64,000 nt of DNA from Macrostomum hystrix (Eukaryota > Animalia > Platyhelminthes), in assembly GCA_950097015.1 (NCBI GenBank), contig CATNEN010000038.1, positions 30,132,001 to 30,196,000 on the forward strand, written 5' to 3'. This document shows, piece after piece, positions 10,955-23,958 of this stretch. The notes beneath the pieces are model-generated. The model saw only the letters and a program-made list of their open reading frames with translations, searched no databases and had not been told where the DNA came from. Numbering within the stretch: position 1 is the stretch's first letter; every line of letters starts with the position of its first letter. The position numbers and the translations under genes were made by a program.

Positions 10955-12235
10955 CAGATCAAAGTGTCAATTATTCCAACTGAGGATCTTGCAGATCAAA
11001 GTGTCAATTATTCCAACTGAGGATCTTGCAGATCAAAGTGTCAATTATCCCAACTGAGGATCTTGCAGTTCAAAGTGTCAATTATCCCAACTGAGGATCT
11101 TGCAGTTCAAAGTGTCAATTATCCCAACTGAGGATCTTGCAGATCAAAGTGACAATTATCCCAACTGAGGATCTTGCAGATCAAAGTGTCAATTATCCCA
11201 ACTGAGGATCTTGCAGATCAAAGTGTCAATTATCCCAACTGAGGATCTTGCAGATCAAAGTGTCAATTATCCCAACTGAGGATCTTGCAGATCAAAGTGT
11301 CAATTATCCCAACTGAGGATCTTGCAGATCAAAGTGTCAATTATTCCAACTGAGGATCTTGCAGATCAAAGTGTCAATTATTCCAACTGAGGATCTTGCA
11401 GATCAAAGTGTCAATTATTCCAACTGAGGATCTTGCAGATCAAAGTGTCAATTATCCCAACTGAGGATCTTGCAGTTCAAAGTGTCAATTATCCCAACTG
11501 AGGATCTTGCAGTTCAAAGTGTCAATTATCCCAACTGAGGATCTTGCAGATCAAAGTGTCAATTATCCCAACTGAGGATCTTGCAGATCAAAGTGTTAAT
11601 TATTCCAACTGAGGATCTTGCAGATCAAAGTGACAATTATCCCAACTGAGGATCTTGCAGATCAAAGTGTCAATTATCCCAACTGAGGATCTTGCAGATC
11701 AAAGTGTCAATTATCCCAACTGAGGATCTTGCAGATCAAAGTGTCAATTATTCCAACTGAGGATCTTGCAGATCAAAGTGACAATTATCCCAACTGAGGA
11801 TCTTGCAGATCAAAGTGACAATTATCCCAACTGAGGATCTTGCAGATCAAAGTGTCAATTATCCCAACTGAGGATCTTGCAGATCAAAGTGTCAATTATC
11901 CCAACTGAGGATCTTGCAGATCAAAGTGACAATTATCCCAACTGAGGATCTTGCAGATCAAAGTGTCAATTATTCCAACTGAGGATCTTGCAGATCAAAG
12001 TGTCAATTATTCCAACTGAGGATCTTGCAGATCAAAGTGACAATTATCCCAACTGAGGATCTTGCAGATCAAAGTGTCAATTATTCCAACTGAGGATCTT
12101 ACAGATCAAAGTGACAATTATTCCAACTGAGGATCTTGCAGATCAAAGTGTCAATTATTCCAACTGAGGATCTTACAGATCAAAGTGACAATTATCCCAA
12201 CTAAGGATCTTGCAGTTCAAAGTGTCAATCCCAAC
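10955..12235. repeat. 37-bp minisatellite (GATCAAAGTGTCAATTATCCCAACTGAGGATCTTGCA)
   Basis: About 34 units filling about 90% of intron 10883-12301. Confidence 0.97.
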
Positions 12236-12301
12236 CTGAGGATTATCTCTGAGATAAAATATTTTAATTATAAGGATCAAGAATCAAATGGTTGATCTCA
12301 C

Positions 12302-12503
12302 TGTGTAAGACCAGTCTGATCGGCAGACGCAGCCCTGGCATGTACAGGCGTTGCTAAGGCAGGGAAGGAATGCTGCAACGGTTGAGTTGTCGCACTACTG
12401 TTAGTACTACTAAGCGCAGCTGTTACAGCTGTGGCATTGCTGTTAGATTGCTTCGGTGGAACTGGCGAAGCTGGTGGCGGAGGTGGCTGTTTCAGCTTTT
12501 GAA

Positions 12504-12555
<52 letters not shown>

Positions 12556-13107
12556 AACCTCGGCTAGTCTAGAAGCATAGGCTTCAACCCGATTGTGCAT
12601 ATCCCTACTGGAGGTGTGAGCTGGCGAACCGGCGGGCGATTCAATAGCCTGACCCTCCCTGACTGTCTGCACTGGCAGGTAGCCGAGTTTAGCTGGCGAA
12701 CCGCCTCGAGAACCGGAGTGACCGCCGCCAGCGTCAGACAGCAGGTCGCCGGCGTGAGATCCGTGGCCGCCGATGCGTAGCTTATTGCGCAATGTCCTAC
12801 TAAAGCTTCTCAAACCGTCGCCACTGCCTGGCGGCCTGACATACTCCTGCATCGGGTGGGTGATCTTGTGATGCCTTGCAGAACGACCAGAGAAGAAGCA
12901 CTGCTGGCACAGGTTGAGATTGAAGCACTTCAGACACTTGTAGCGCAGGCCGCGCATTGGCATCGCTTTGCAGCCTGAGCAGCGCGCCTGATGCAGGGAG
13001 TGCTCGGAACAGGTGAGTCTATGCAGGACTGGCAGCCACACCAAGGACTGCGGCTCTAGGCGGAGCCAGGCGAGAAAGTGGGATAGGCGAATGCCGCTGC
13101 TCTGAGT
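12302..13107 (-). CDS. DMD: Dystrophin exon (ZZ zinc finger)
   Basis: FLAWLRLEPQSLVWLPVLHRL, CSGC..YKCLKCF..CQQCFFSGR, HPMQEY, GYLPVQTV; cgcag and gtgag sites. Confidence 0.97.
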
Positions 13108-13184
13108 CTGCGGGTTTGGGGTAAAGAGTATTTTTGAGCATTTTTCATTGTTACGCGCAAGAAATAGATTTTTTTAAACTCGAA

Positions 13185-13845
13185 AGGCCTACTCAAACTT
13201 TCATCTCAAACTGGAAGACCAACTTAAACTCCCATATAGAAATTTGAAGGCCTACTCAAACTCCCATCTCAAAATTTGAAGGCCTACTCAAACTCCTATC
13301 TCAAAATTTGAAGGCCTACTCAAACTCCTATCTCATGTTTGAATGGCCTACTCAAAGTGCTGTCTTATATTTGAAGGCCTACTAAAACTCCCATCTCGAA
13401 ATTTGAAGGCCTACTCAAACTCACATCTCGAAATTTAAAGGCCTACTCAAACTCCAATCTTATATTTGAAGGCCTACTCAACAAACTCCTATCTCATATT
13501 TGAAGGCCTACTCAAACTCCTATCTCATATTTGAAGGCCTACTAAAACTCCCATCTCGAAATTTGAAGGCCTACTCAAACTCCCATCTCGAAATTTGAAG
13601 GCCTACTCAAACTCCCATCTCAAAATTTGAAGGCCTACTCAAACTCCTATCTCAAAATTTGAAGGCCTACTCAAACTCCTATCTCATATTTGAAGGCCTA
13701 CTCAAACTCCTATCTCATATTTGAAGGCCTACTCAAACTCCCATCTCATATTTGAAGGCCTACTCAAACTCCCATCTCATATTTGAAGGCCTACTCAAAC
13801 TCCCATCTCAAACTAGAAGAACTACTCAAACTCCCATCTCAAGGC
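13185..13845. repeat. 31-32 bp minisatellite (TTTGAAGGCCTACTCAAACTCCCATCTCATA)
   Basis: About 20 tandem units. Confidence 0.95.
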
Positions 13846-14509
13846 CTGTTAAAGCAGTTTTTAGCCTGTATAACAAGGATACCTTGGGATTACGAGTATA
13901 AAATGAATGTTAGCATTGACAGATACCTAAGGCATGAAATCACAACAAAAACTTCAATATGGCAAATCAAGCACATTATGAACATTAATAAATATCATGT
14001 TATCTGTGTTGCCCTGATTTTAATCAAGTCAAATTTAACTTCAAAGTTGAATTACCTTTGTTAAAAATCACACTTTAATTAAACGAATAATTGTGTAACT
14101 AAGCTACTAAATTCGAATTTATTAATATTCAATTAATACTACTCATTGTTAAACCGACGGTAAGTAGGCAAGTGTGAATAATTTTAAGTTAGCAATTAAA
14201 ATTTACATTTTCGCATTAATTAGCAAAGCCCTTGAATCAGAGTTGCTATCTAAGTGCTCGACAGCATTGCAGAGACCGCAAGGCGACAAGCAATGACTCA
14301 CGACATCCACCTGCTCATTCAGAGTCTCGGGACTATCAGCGATAGCTCTCAAATCTCTAGCTAATTGGCGATGAAGATCCGACGGCATTCTTCGATAACG
14401 GCGACTTTCACTGCGCGACAAACCCGGCCTTGCTAACTGGCCGGAAGCCTTCGTTTTTATATTAAAGTCGAGCTTTGATTACATTGGTTTCCTGCACCTT
14501 TTCTGTGTG

Positions 14510-15497
14510 TTGGAGTGTGTCTAACAGATTGGACTGTGTCTAACAGATTGGACTGTGTCTAACAGATTGGAGTTTGTCTAACAGATTGGAGTTTGTCTAA
14601 CAGATTGGAGTTTGTCTAACAGATTGGAGTGTGTCTAACAGATTGAAGTGTGTCTAACAGATTGGAGTGTGTCTAACAGATTGAAGTGTGTCTAACAGAT
14701 TGGAGTGTGTCTAACAGATTGAAGTGTGTCTAACAGATTGGAGTGTGTCTAACAGATTGGAGTGTGTCTAACAGATTGGAGTGTGTCTAACAGATTCAAG
14801 TGTGTCTAACAGATTGGAGTGTGTCTAACAGATTGGACTGTGTCTAACAGATTGGACTGTGTCTAACAGATTGAAGTGTGTCTAACAGATTGGACTGTGT
14901 CTAACAGATTGGAGTGTGTCTAACAGATTGGACTGTGTCTAACAGATTGGACTGTGTCTAACAGATTGGAGTGTGCCTAACAGATTGGACTGTGTCTAAC
15001 AGATTGGAGTGTGTCTAACAGATTGAAGTGTGTCTAACAGATTGGACTGTGTCTAACAGATTGGAGTGTGTCTAACAGATTGGACTGTGTCTAACAGATT
15101 GGACTGTGTCTAACAGATTGGAGTGTGCCTAACAGATTGGACTGTGTCTAACAGATTGGAGTGTCTAACAGATTGGAGTGTGTCTAACTGATTAGAGTGT
15201 GTCTAACAGATTGGACTGTGTCTAACAGATTGGACTGTGTCTAACAGATTGGAGTGTGCCTAACAGATTGGACTGTGTCTAACAGATTGGAGTGTCTAAC
15301 AGATTGGTGTGTGTCTAACTGATTAGAGTGTGTCTAACAGATTGGAGTGTGTCTAACAGATTGGAGTGTGTCTAACAGATTGGAGTGTGTCTAACAGATT
15401 GGAGTTTGTCTAACAGATTGGAGTGTGTCTAACAGATTGGAGTGTGTCTAACAGATTGGAGTTTGTCTAACAGATTGGACTGTGTCTAACAGATTGG
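14510..15497. repeat. 19-bp minisatellite (GTCTAACAGATTGGAGTGT), array 1
   Basis: About 52 units; same unit as 18880-19680. Confidence 0.97.
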
Positions 15498-15637
15498 GAC
15501 AGTGACAGATCGATTTACGCTTGCCTCTCGCACTAATTAGTAAGATTCAGCGACAAAAGGCATTCTTAACTCAGCATTGCATGCGGTTACAAAGACAAAT
15601 ACAAGCAAGTGAAAAGCCAGACTATAAGGAATCGCAC

Positions 15638-15797
15638 CTTGTCAAAGCAGGACCTGACAGAAGGCTCAATGTTGCTGCCACCGAAGCTGGCCGCTTCGCC
15701 CAGGTGTCTGGGCACCTGCAGGCAGTCGTGCAGCAGCAGCCCCAGACGTCGTTGATCCAGGGCACCGCGCTCGTCAACAACGGCTGAGAACAGGTAC
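15638..15797 (-). CDS. DMD: Dystrophin exon (EF-hand region)
   Basis: [53 protein letters not shown]; not in the ORF track; phases 2/0. Confidence 0.97.
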
Positions 15798-15839
15798 CTG
15801 GGCGATTCGAACCAATGATTTACTATTAACAGTCTATAT

Positions 15840-16095
15840 AGACTGGGGGATTAACAATCTTAGACTGGGGGATTGACAATCTTAGACTGGGGGATTGACA
15901 ATCTTAGACTGGGGGATTGACAATCTTAGACTGGGGGGATTGACAATCTTAGACTGGGGGATTGACAATCTTAGACTGGGGGATTGACAATTGAATCCTA
16001 GGGATCGACAATCGAATCCTAGGGATCGACAATCGAATCCTAGGGATCGACAATCGAATCCTAGGGATTTATAATCTAAAACTAGGGATTGAAAA
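15840..16095. repeat. 21-22 bp compound minisatellite (GACTGGGGGATTGACAATCTTA then CTAGGGATCGACAATCGAATC)
   Basis: Fills most of a 360-bp intron. Confidence 0.9.
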
Positions 16096-16157
16096 TCTTA
16101 TCACAGTTTGCCTATGTGCGGATTCGAACTGCCGTCCACCTAGGCACAATGGCTCAC

Positions 16158-16698
16158 CTGTACTTATCCTCTAGGCCAGCGGCGCACAGCAGGACTAGGC
16201 CAACTTTAAAGCTGAGCACCCTGAGTCGGCCGCTGCGCACGTGATCGTAGACATTGAGCAGCCAGTTCAGACTCAAATCGATAGTTTGAGCCTGCAGTCC
16301 GGCGTCGGCATTGGCAGCCGTGGCAGCAGCGCCGCGGGTTCGGCACCTGGCAAACAGGCCGGCGAGGCAGCTGGTCATCTGGGCTACATCGATCAGCCGA
16401 TCACCTGATGCGGCCGTGCCGATGCCGTGATCGCGAAACACCTCAGCAGCCGAGCCTAATGACACCAGATCCAGGTAGAGAGCTCGCTGTAGTCTGCGGA
16501 GCTTGGCAGCGGTGCGATAGGCGGCATAGCGAATGTAGTTGAGCTCGGTTAGACTCTGCATGAGCTCTGCCATGATTGGATGATCCCAGCTAGTCTCGCG
16601 TGTGTCCGCGTTGCGATAATAGGGCAACTGGCTGCCGTTGGGATGAAGCATTCGTTGCCACGGAGGTCGGACACTGTTAGATACAGCTGGGTGAGCTG

Positions 16699-16732
<34 letters not shown>

Positions 16733-17415
16733 AGAATGAATTGAGCCAGTCATTGAAGCGTAGGAAGCTGTCATCACGTTTGCAGTCACGGACTTAGATT
16801 GTTGTTGTTGCTGTTGTTGTTGTTGCTGCTGCTGCTGCCGCTGCTGCTGCTGTTGCTCCTTAAAATTAGCCAACAATCCGCACCTATGCTCGATAGCTGA
16901 ACGCATATTAACCACCTGCTGGCGAATATCAACTAGCCTACTGGCCAGATCGTGATTGAGCACAATTCTAGAATCGGACAATTGTAGAGACTGTCTTTCA
17001 AGACTGCCGGAGAGTCGGGTTAGCGGCTCCAGAGTGTTGGCCAGAAATTCCTGCAGCCTGGCTGGCTCCGAGGCGCATTGCGCCGGAGTCAACGAGTCGA
17101 CGCCGCACCAGGCGGCGACTTCGCGTTGGGCAGCGGCCGCAGAAGCTTCGGCCTGAGCAGCTGTGTCCTCCAGGGCAGCCAGGCCGTGCAGTGCCAGTCT
17201 GAGCGATTCCGAGTGAGCTTCGACGCGGCCTTCAAAGTCCCGAAATCGTCGACTCAACTGGCTGACAGATCGTTGTAGACGGGCGTCAATGTTGGCGCCG
17301 GGGTTGGTCGAGTCGGCTAGCACGGAATCGAACTCGGGACGCCTGGCGCGCAGCTCATTGGCCAGACGATCCAGCTCTGGGGACTGCTCAGTGCGAACAG
17401 ACTCAGCATCGCCAC
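16158..17415 (-). CDS. DMD: Dystrophin exon (last spectrin repeats, WW, EF-hand 1)
   Basis: SVRPPWQR..PYYRN..TSWDHP, IRYAAYRTAAKLRRLQRAL, LNWLLNVYD, LEDKYR; gccag and gtgag sites. Confidence 0.97.
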
Positions 17416-17739
17416 CTGGCATAGAGGATTAGAAGAGCATTAGAGATTAGGATTTTACAAAAAATCTAAGCCTTATATCCTTAACCTAGATTTACACTTA
17501 AAGGTTGTGTACAGCTGTTCAGTCCGTGGACTCAGTCCGTGGGGAAAATTAACCAAATTTCTATTTATAAATATAATTATAGAAACGTTATAAAATGACT
17601 AAACCTAAAGCAATGCTGAGGTTCTTAAGAGTTTTTGTTCGACAACAAAATTTGTTTCCTCGGAAAGAAAAATTGAAATACAAAAATATTAAAAATACTT
17701 ACGAAATCGAAATCTCAAATAATTTCCCAACTGAAATTC

Positions 17740-18270
17740 CGGAATCCATTCCCAAACCGAAATTCCAGACTCCCATTTCCCAAACCGAAATTCCAGACTC
17801 CCATTTCCCAAACCGAAATTCCAGAATACAATTTCCCAAACCGAAATTCCAGAATCCCATTTCCCAAACCGAATTTCCAGAATACAATTTCCCAAACCGA
17901 ATTTCCAGAATCCCATTTCCCATTTCAAAATTCCAGAATCCCATTTCCCAAACCGAAATTCCAGAATACAATTTCCCAAACCGAAATTCCAGAATCCCAT
18001 TTCCCATATCGAAATTCCAGAATACCATTTCCCAAACCGAAATTCCAGAATCCCATTTCCCAAACCGAAATTCCATAATCCCATTTCCTAAACCGAAATT
18101 CCAGAATCCCATTTCCCAAACCGAAATTCCAGAATACCATTTCCCAAACCGAAATTCCAGAATCCCATTTCCCAAACCGAATTTCCAGAATCCCATTTCC
18201 CAAACCGAATTTCCAGAATCCCATTTCCCAAACCGAAATTCCAGAATCCCATTTGCCAAATCCCATTCCC
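17740..18270. repeat. 28-bp minisatellite (TTCCCAAACCGAAATTCCAGAATCCCAT)
   Basis: About 18 units ending about 20 nt from the donor at 18290. Confidence 0.95.
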
Positions 18271-18290
18271 CTATCCGAACAATGTCTCAC

Positions 18291-18573
18291 CTAGCAGCAG
18301 CTGTTGCTGCCTCAGGCTAGCTTCAGCAGTGGCCAACCAGTCGGCCAAGGACCTGACTCGGACCTGCATCGCTCTAGACTGGCTGCGTCTTCGACGCCGA
18401 CTCTGCTGACGCCGGCGCAGGTCCTGACGCAGCGAAGGGGCCCGCAGCCGGGCCAGCTCAGTCCAACGATGCAACAGACTGGCGGCTCTTGACGATGCCG
18501 AATGCTGCTGCTGCTGATAAGCAACTACAAGCTGAAGCTCAGCAGTGGCTAGCTCACACTCGGAATCGAAGTC
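18291..18573 (-). CDS. DMD: Dystrophin exon (spectrin repeat)
   Basis: LLHRWTELA..SLADWLATAEASL; tgcag and gtgag sites; phases 0/1. Confidence 0.85.
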
Positions 18574-18682
18574 CTGCATTTTTATTTAGAGATAATTTGA
18601 GTGTTTTGATTGTCTCAAGGACACAGGAGATTAGAAGTCTCGAACTTTCACTCAAAAGTCGAAAGTACAAGCTAAGTAAGAG

Positions 18683-18880
18683 GGGTAAGTGGCGCAGCGG
18701 TCTAACGCCTTTGCCTCTCGCACCAAGGTCCCTGAGCTCGATTCTGCCGCGAGCCCACATTCATTTGATCCGCAGCCCCAGACAGAAGGCTTGGGGGCTT
18801 CTCGTGTAATTTACGCCCTTGAGGGGCCAACCTCCATGACACAATGAGAGTGTACACTGCCTGACGATAAGAAAGTCAAG
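18683..18880 (+). mobile_element. tRNA-derived SINE family A, copy 1
   Basis: A-box-like GTGGCGCAGCGG and B-box-like GAGCTCGATTC; body shared with 39576-39797 and 47636-47803. Confidence 0.75.
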
Positions 18881-19680
18881 GTGTGTCTAACATATTGGAG
18901 TGCGTCTAACAGATTGGAGTGTGTCTAACAGATTGGAGTGTGTCTAACAGATTAGAGTGTGCCTAACAGATTAGAGTGTGTCTAACAGATTGGACTGTGT
19001 CTAACAGATTAGAGTGTGCCTAACATATTAGAGTGTGTCTAACAGATTGGACTGTGTCTAACAGATTAGAGTGTGCCTAACAGATTAGAGTGTGTCTAAC
19101 AGATTGGAGTGTGTCTAACAGATTAGAGTGTGCCTAACAGATTAGAGTGTGTCTAACAGATTGGAGTGTGTCTAACAGATTAGAGTGTGTCTAACAGATT
19201 GGAGTGTGCCTAACAGATTAGAGTGTGTCTAACAGATTGGAGTGTGTCTAACAGATTTGAGTGTGTCTAACAGATTAGAGTGTGCCTAACAGATTGGAGT
19301 GTGTCTAACAGATTGGACTGTGTCTAACAGATTAGAGTGTGCCTAACAGATTAGAGTGTGTCTAACAGATTGGACTGTGTCTAACAGATTAGAGTGTGAC
19401 TAACAGATTAGAGTGTGCCTAACAGATTAGAGTGTGACTAACAGATTGGAGTGTGTCTAAAAGATTGGAGTGTGTCTAACAGATTAGAGTGTGTCTAACA
19501 GATTGGAGTGTGTCTAACAGAATGGAGTGTGTCTAACAGATTAGACTGTGTCTAACAGATTGGAGTGTGTCTAACAGATTAGAGTGTGACTAACAGATTG
19601 GAGTGTGTCTAACAGATTGGAGTGTGTCTAACTGATTGAAGTGTGTTTAACTGATTGAAGTGTGTCTAACAGATTGGACA
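18880..19680. repeat. 19-bp minisatellite, array 2
   Basis: Same unit as 14510-15497; runs up to the donor at 19688. Confidence 0.97.
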
Positions 19681-19688
19681 CCACTGAC

Positions 19689-20416
19689 CTTCAGCTGAGC
19701 TAGCAGACGCCTCTCTTCGTCAGTGACATCGGCGAGTTCTTCAGCTGCTCCGTCCACCCTGCCGCTGCCGAAACTCGCTGAGCCGGAGTTGTTTTCGTTG
19801 TCAACAAAATAATCGTCATCTTGCTCGTCGACATAGCTGTCGTCGCGTTTGACTTCGCCGGACATTGTTGCAGGAGAAAGCTCCGCTGCTAGCGACACCT
19901 CCCAGTGACGCAATCTGGCCTCGAGTTTGTCCAGCCGGCTGATGGTTTCCATGGAAACAGACGGCGGAGGGGTTGGCTGATTCGAACCGGTAACTCGCTC
20001 TCTGGACGATTGGCGAATCGGTGGCGTCGGTGGAGCATCGTTGCGCCGATGAGGCGGCGGTTTTGGCGGCAGCCTCGTTTGCTGATTCTGATGCTGCTGC
20101 TGTTGCTTTCGTTCGGCAAGTCTAGCCCGAGACTGTCTCAATCGTTCCAGGCGTTCTCTCATTGGTTCGGTGTTCTCGCGCGAGTGCTTGTCGCAGAGCT
20201 GACTGCCAGAATCGATGGCCGCAGCTAGCTGATGGTCCAAGTCGTCTAGACCGCTGCCGCCAGCGCCGCAGTCGACTTGCATACAGTCCAACAGGGACTC
20301 CAAGTGCTGACAGTTCTGCTCCCATTGACGCAGCTCTATGGCCGCCTCCTCCATGGCGATTCGGCGACGATGAAGGCCGGACTCGGCGGCCTCCCAGCTG
20401 GCGACAACGCTGGACA
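19689..20416 (-). CDS. DMD: Dystrophin exon (spectrin repeats with Pro-rich hinge)
   Basis: WEAAESGLHRRRIAMEEAAIELRQWEQNCQHLESLL; ctgcag and gtcag sites; phases 1/0. Confidence 0.88.
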
Positions 20417-20439
20417 CTGCAGGCGGGACAGGGATGATC

Positions 20440-21228
20440 CGTCACTCTGGCTCTCCTGTTATCTGTCACTCTGACTCTCCTGTTATCTGTCACTATGACT
20501 CTCTTGTTATCTGTCACTCTGGCTCTCCTGTTATCTGTCACTCTGGCTATCCTGTTATCTGTAACTCTGGCTCTCCTGTTATCTGTCACTCTGGCTCTCC
20601 TGTTATCTGTCACTCTGACTCTCCTGTTATCTGTCACTATGACTCTCTTGTTATCTGTCACTCTGACTCTCCTGTTATCTGTCACTCTGACTCTCCTGTT
20701 ATCTGTCACTCTGACTCTCCTGTTATCTGTCACTCTGGTTCTCTTGTTATCTGTCACTCTGACTCTCCTGTTATCTGTCACTCTGACTCTCCTGTTATCT
20801 GTCACTCTGATTCTCCTGTTATCTGTCACTCTGACTCTCCTGTTATCTGTCACTCTGGCTTTCTTGTTATCTGTCACTCTGGCTCTCCTGTTTTCTGTCA
20901 CTCTGGCTCTCTTGTTATCTGTCACTCTGGCTCTCTTGTTATCTGTCACTCTAGCTCTCCTGTTATCTGTCACTCTGGCTCTCTTGTTATCTGTCACTCT
21001 GGCTCTCCTGTTATCTGTCACTCTGGCTCTCTTGTTATCTGTCACTCTGGCTCTCCTGTTATCTGTCACTCTGGCTCTCTTGTTATCTGTCACTCTGGCT
21101 CTCCTGTTATCTGTCACTCTGGCTCTCTTGTTATCTGTCACTCTGACTCTCCTGTTATCTGTCACTCTGACTCTCCTGTTATCTGTCACTCTGACTCTCC
21201 TGTTATCTGTCACTCTGGCTCTCTTGCC
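20440..21228. repeat. 24-bp minisatellite (GTTATCTGTCACTCTGGCTCTCCT)
   Basis: About 33 units ending about 22 nt from the acceptor at 20417. Confidence 0.97.
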
Positions 21229-21676
21229 ATTAACAGCAGCAGACAATTTTAAATTTACGCATAAGACAAAAGTTTTATAAACGCGAAACGGAGATAATAC
21301 TAGTTTTTTTCACATAAAAATCATCATTACATTCTTGTTTTACTGTCAGTGCCTACAGCTTAGTGTTTCTCCTTAGTCTCTCATTTTCACTGCGAGTAAT
21401 GCTGGAACTAAAAAAATTTCTGTCTTAGCAATTTCCATCTTTTTGCTCGAGTGCAATATTACCTCGGGGGAAATATGGGAAATGGGCTGACTGAGTGAAA
21501 GAGAGAGGGGAGGAGAGGAGACCCGTCTGTGCAATAATCCCCTAGGGACTGGCTTTATTGGGATCACTGACTGGACTAGTGTAAGTGTGAGCGAGCTAGC
21601 GAAATATACAGAATGAAGGACAGCTCTAAGCTGAGTTCCTTGCGTTACAAAGACTGAAAAATATAGTTAAGCAGAA

Positions 21677-22031
21677 CAGTGGCGCAACCAAGGGGGGGGC
21701 GGGGGTGGCGGCCGCCCCCTTCGGCCCGCAGGGCAATGTACGCAAAGGGCAAGCTAAGACGCTTGTTAATTTATTACCTTATCTCATTCCCTGTCCCCCA
21801 AGTCCAATGTACATAGACCAAAGACCAAGTCCAAGACCATTGGTCATATATTAATTTTCAAGCTTTCATTATAATCGTGCGTGCGTTCTGATTTTTTAAA
21901 CCTTTTAAATCGAAATTGGCCCAGGAATGGTGGGCGAAAACCGCGAAACAGAGCGCGCTCCACCTGGCGGCCACCCCCCCTTCGGCCCGCGGGGCAACCC
22001 CCCCCTAAGGCAAAACCTGGTTGCGCCACTG
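21677..22031. mobile_element. hAT-like MITE
   Basis: 14-bp TIRs CAGTGGCGCAACCA / TGGTTGCGCCACTG; flanks AAGCAGAA and AAACAGAC match 6/8 (decayed 8-bp TSD); GC-rich subterminal direct repeats. Confidence 0.75.
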
Positions 22032-22796
22032 AAACAGACGGGTAGGCTAAAAACAATTTGATGCACTGCAATGTTAGTTTGAAATATTAAAATCAAACTT
22101 ACGGTGAAGTGAGAAGTGAGCACACTTTATCACATTAGAAATCTTTATATTGTTCAGCCAATTTAGTTTTTTGATAAAATGACAAAAAAATCCTAAAAAA
22201 GCACCTAGAGGAAATGTAAGACAAATATTAGAATGAAGAATCTTCTTCGACTATTCTTCGCTTTCTCGTCTTTTCTCTCACGATCTCTCGACTTTTTTTC
22301 TTTCAGTATAAGCCGTGAACGCTGCGATACCTTTAGATCCTTCTCGCCTTAATCCCATCTTCTCTTCTATCCCCCCTTACTCCCCATTCTCAGCCCTGTC
22401 CTCTTTTGTGCGTGGACCATTTTTTGTCAGCTGAGCAACGCAGTTGCGGCGGCTAACAAACCAGAAGAGCTGCATCCTCAAGGCCGCAGACGGTCCAAGC
22501 GACCGCCTCAAAACATCCTCAACCTAATCCCGCCACCCCAACATTTTCTTCCCCCATCTCCCTACATTTTCCTCTTTCTCGCGCTCGGTTCTGAGAAGCA
22601 TCCAGATTCTACTGAGACTCATCTCCACTCCAAGCAGTATAGGGGCAAGGAGGGAAGAGGGGAGCGGGTAGAGAGACAAGCGGAAATAGAACCAGCAGCA
22701 ACCCCATTTTTAATTCCTCAACCTATCTACCGGCCGTCTATTGCTTTCTAATTTTTTTATTAGGTTTTGAGTCTACAAAATCACAGATTTCAGTAA

Positions 22797-22880
22797 GAGT
22801 CAGTCAGTCAGTCAGTCAGTCAGTCAGTCAGTCAGTCAGTCAGTCAGTCAGTCAGTCAGTCAGTCAGTCAGTCAGTCAGT
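22797..22880. repeat. (CAGT)n microsatellite
   Basis: About 20 perfect units. Confidence 0.98.
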
Positions 22881-23059
22881 TAAATTTAAAACAACTTCTT
22901 TTAAAAAACAGTTAAATAATTTGCTGATTCATATTTCACTACTTATAGTAGCACAGTGATATAAAATTTGAGAAGTGTTTTGCTTTACTCTCAAGTACTA
23001 ATGCTTTAAAAAGTATCCGAAAATGAAATTTCCGTAGAAAATGAGATGTGATTCAAACC

Positions 23060-23285
23060 AGATGGGATTAGAATCTGATGGGATTAGAATCACATGGGAA
23101 TAGAATCTGATGGGATTAGAATCAGACGGGATTAGAATCTGATGGGATTAGAATCTGATGGGATTAGAATCAGATGGGATTAGAATCAGATGGGATTAGA
23201 ATCTGATGGGATCAGAATTAAATGGGATCAGAATTAAATGGGATCAGAATTAGATGGGATCAGAATGAGACGGGATCAGAATCCC
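23060..23285. repeat. 16-bp minisatellite (GATGGGATTAGAATCA)
   Basis: About 13 units, close to the candidate donor at 23318. Confidence 0.9.
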
Positions 23286-23318
23286 ATCAGATTGAAATCG
23301 AATTGGTTTGTGGCTCAC

Positions 23319-23958
23319 CACCGCAATCATTCAAGCGTTCAAGACTGCCTGTATCGAAGGCAGATAGTCCCAGTGAGCGACTGTCATCGCCGACAAGATC
23401 ATCGCCAGCTTCGGCGCCGTCAACAAACGGCCTACGCGAGCTGGGTCGCGAGACTCGATCGGAAACAGAAGCGCAAGCGGCGGCAGTAACGGCCGCATCT
23501 GCGGCGTCAGTTGCCTGTCTAAGCAGACGCTGCTGACGCAGGTGCAGTCGCTGTTGACGCAGTTTTTCGTCCGGACTAAACAATTTGCCACTCTGTCTGG
23601 CATTCTCCAGACTGGGAATCTGGAATGACACTTCAGCAGCAGCTGAAGCTACATTTCGCTCGGATTTAAATCTTCGAATCAAGATACTGCCAGATAACCC
23701 GTCGTCAAAGTGATGAGAGAACCAACTTGTTATACCGGCTTTTGGAGTTGGTTTTGTGAAATCTTCGTTCGATTTATTTTTAGCCAAACTCGAACATAGA
23801 GAATTAGACGAAGATGATTTATCCTCATCAGTAAGCTCCTGTTCGTCATCGTCACTGTCATCACTCTGGTCTGACGCAAATAAACCCAATGAAGCTGCTG
23901 CCGAGAACGCTTTCGTAGCCCGATAGACTTGGCCAATTGTTCGCCAATAAGACGACAT
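23319..23958 (-). CDS. Candidate alternative first coding exon of a short dystrophin isoform
   Basis: ATG directly after an in-frame TAA; 213 open codons; G|GTGAG phase-1 donor in frame with exon 19689-20416. Confidence 0.65.

Noticed and set aside
10955-12235. CRISPR-like array of 37-bp repeats
   Set aside because: Units are head-to-tail with no unique spacers, there are no cas genes, and the context is a eukaryotic intron.
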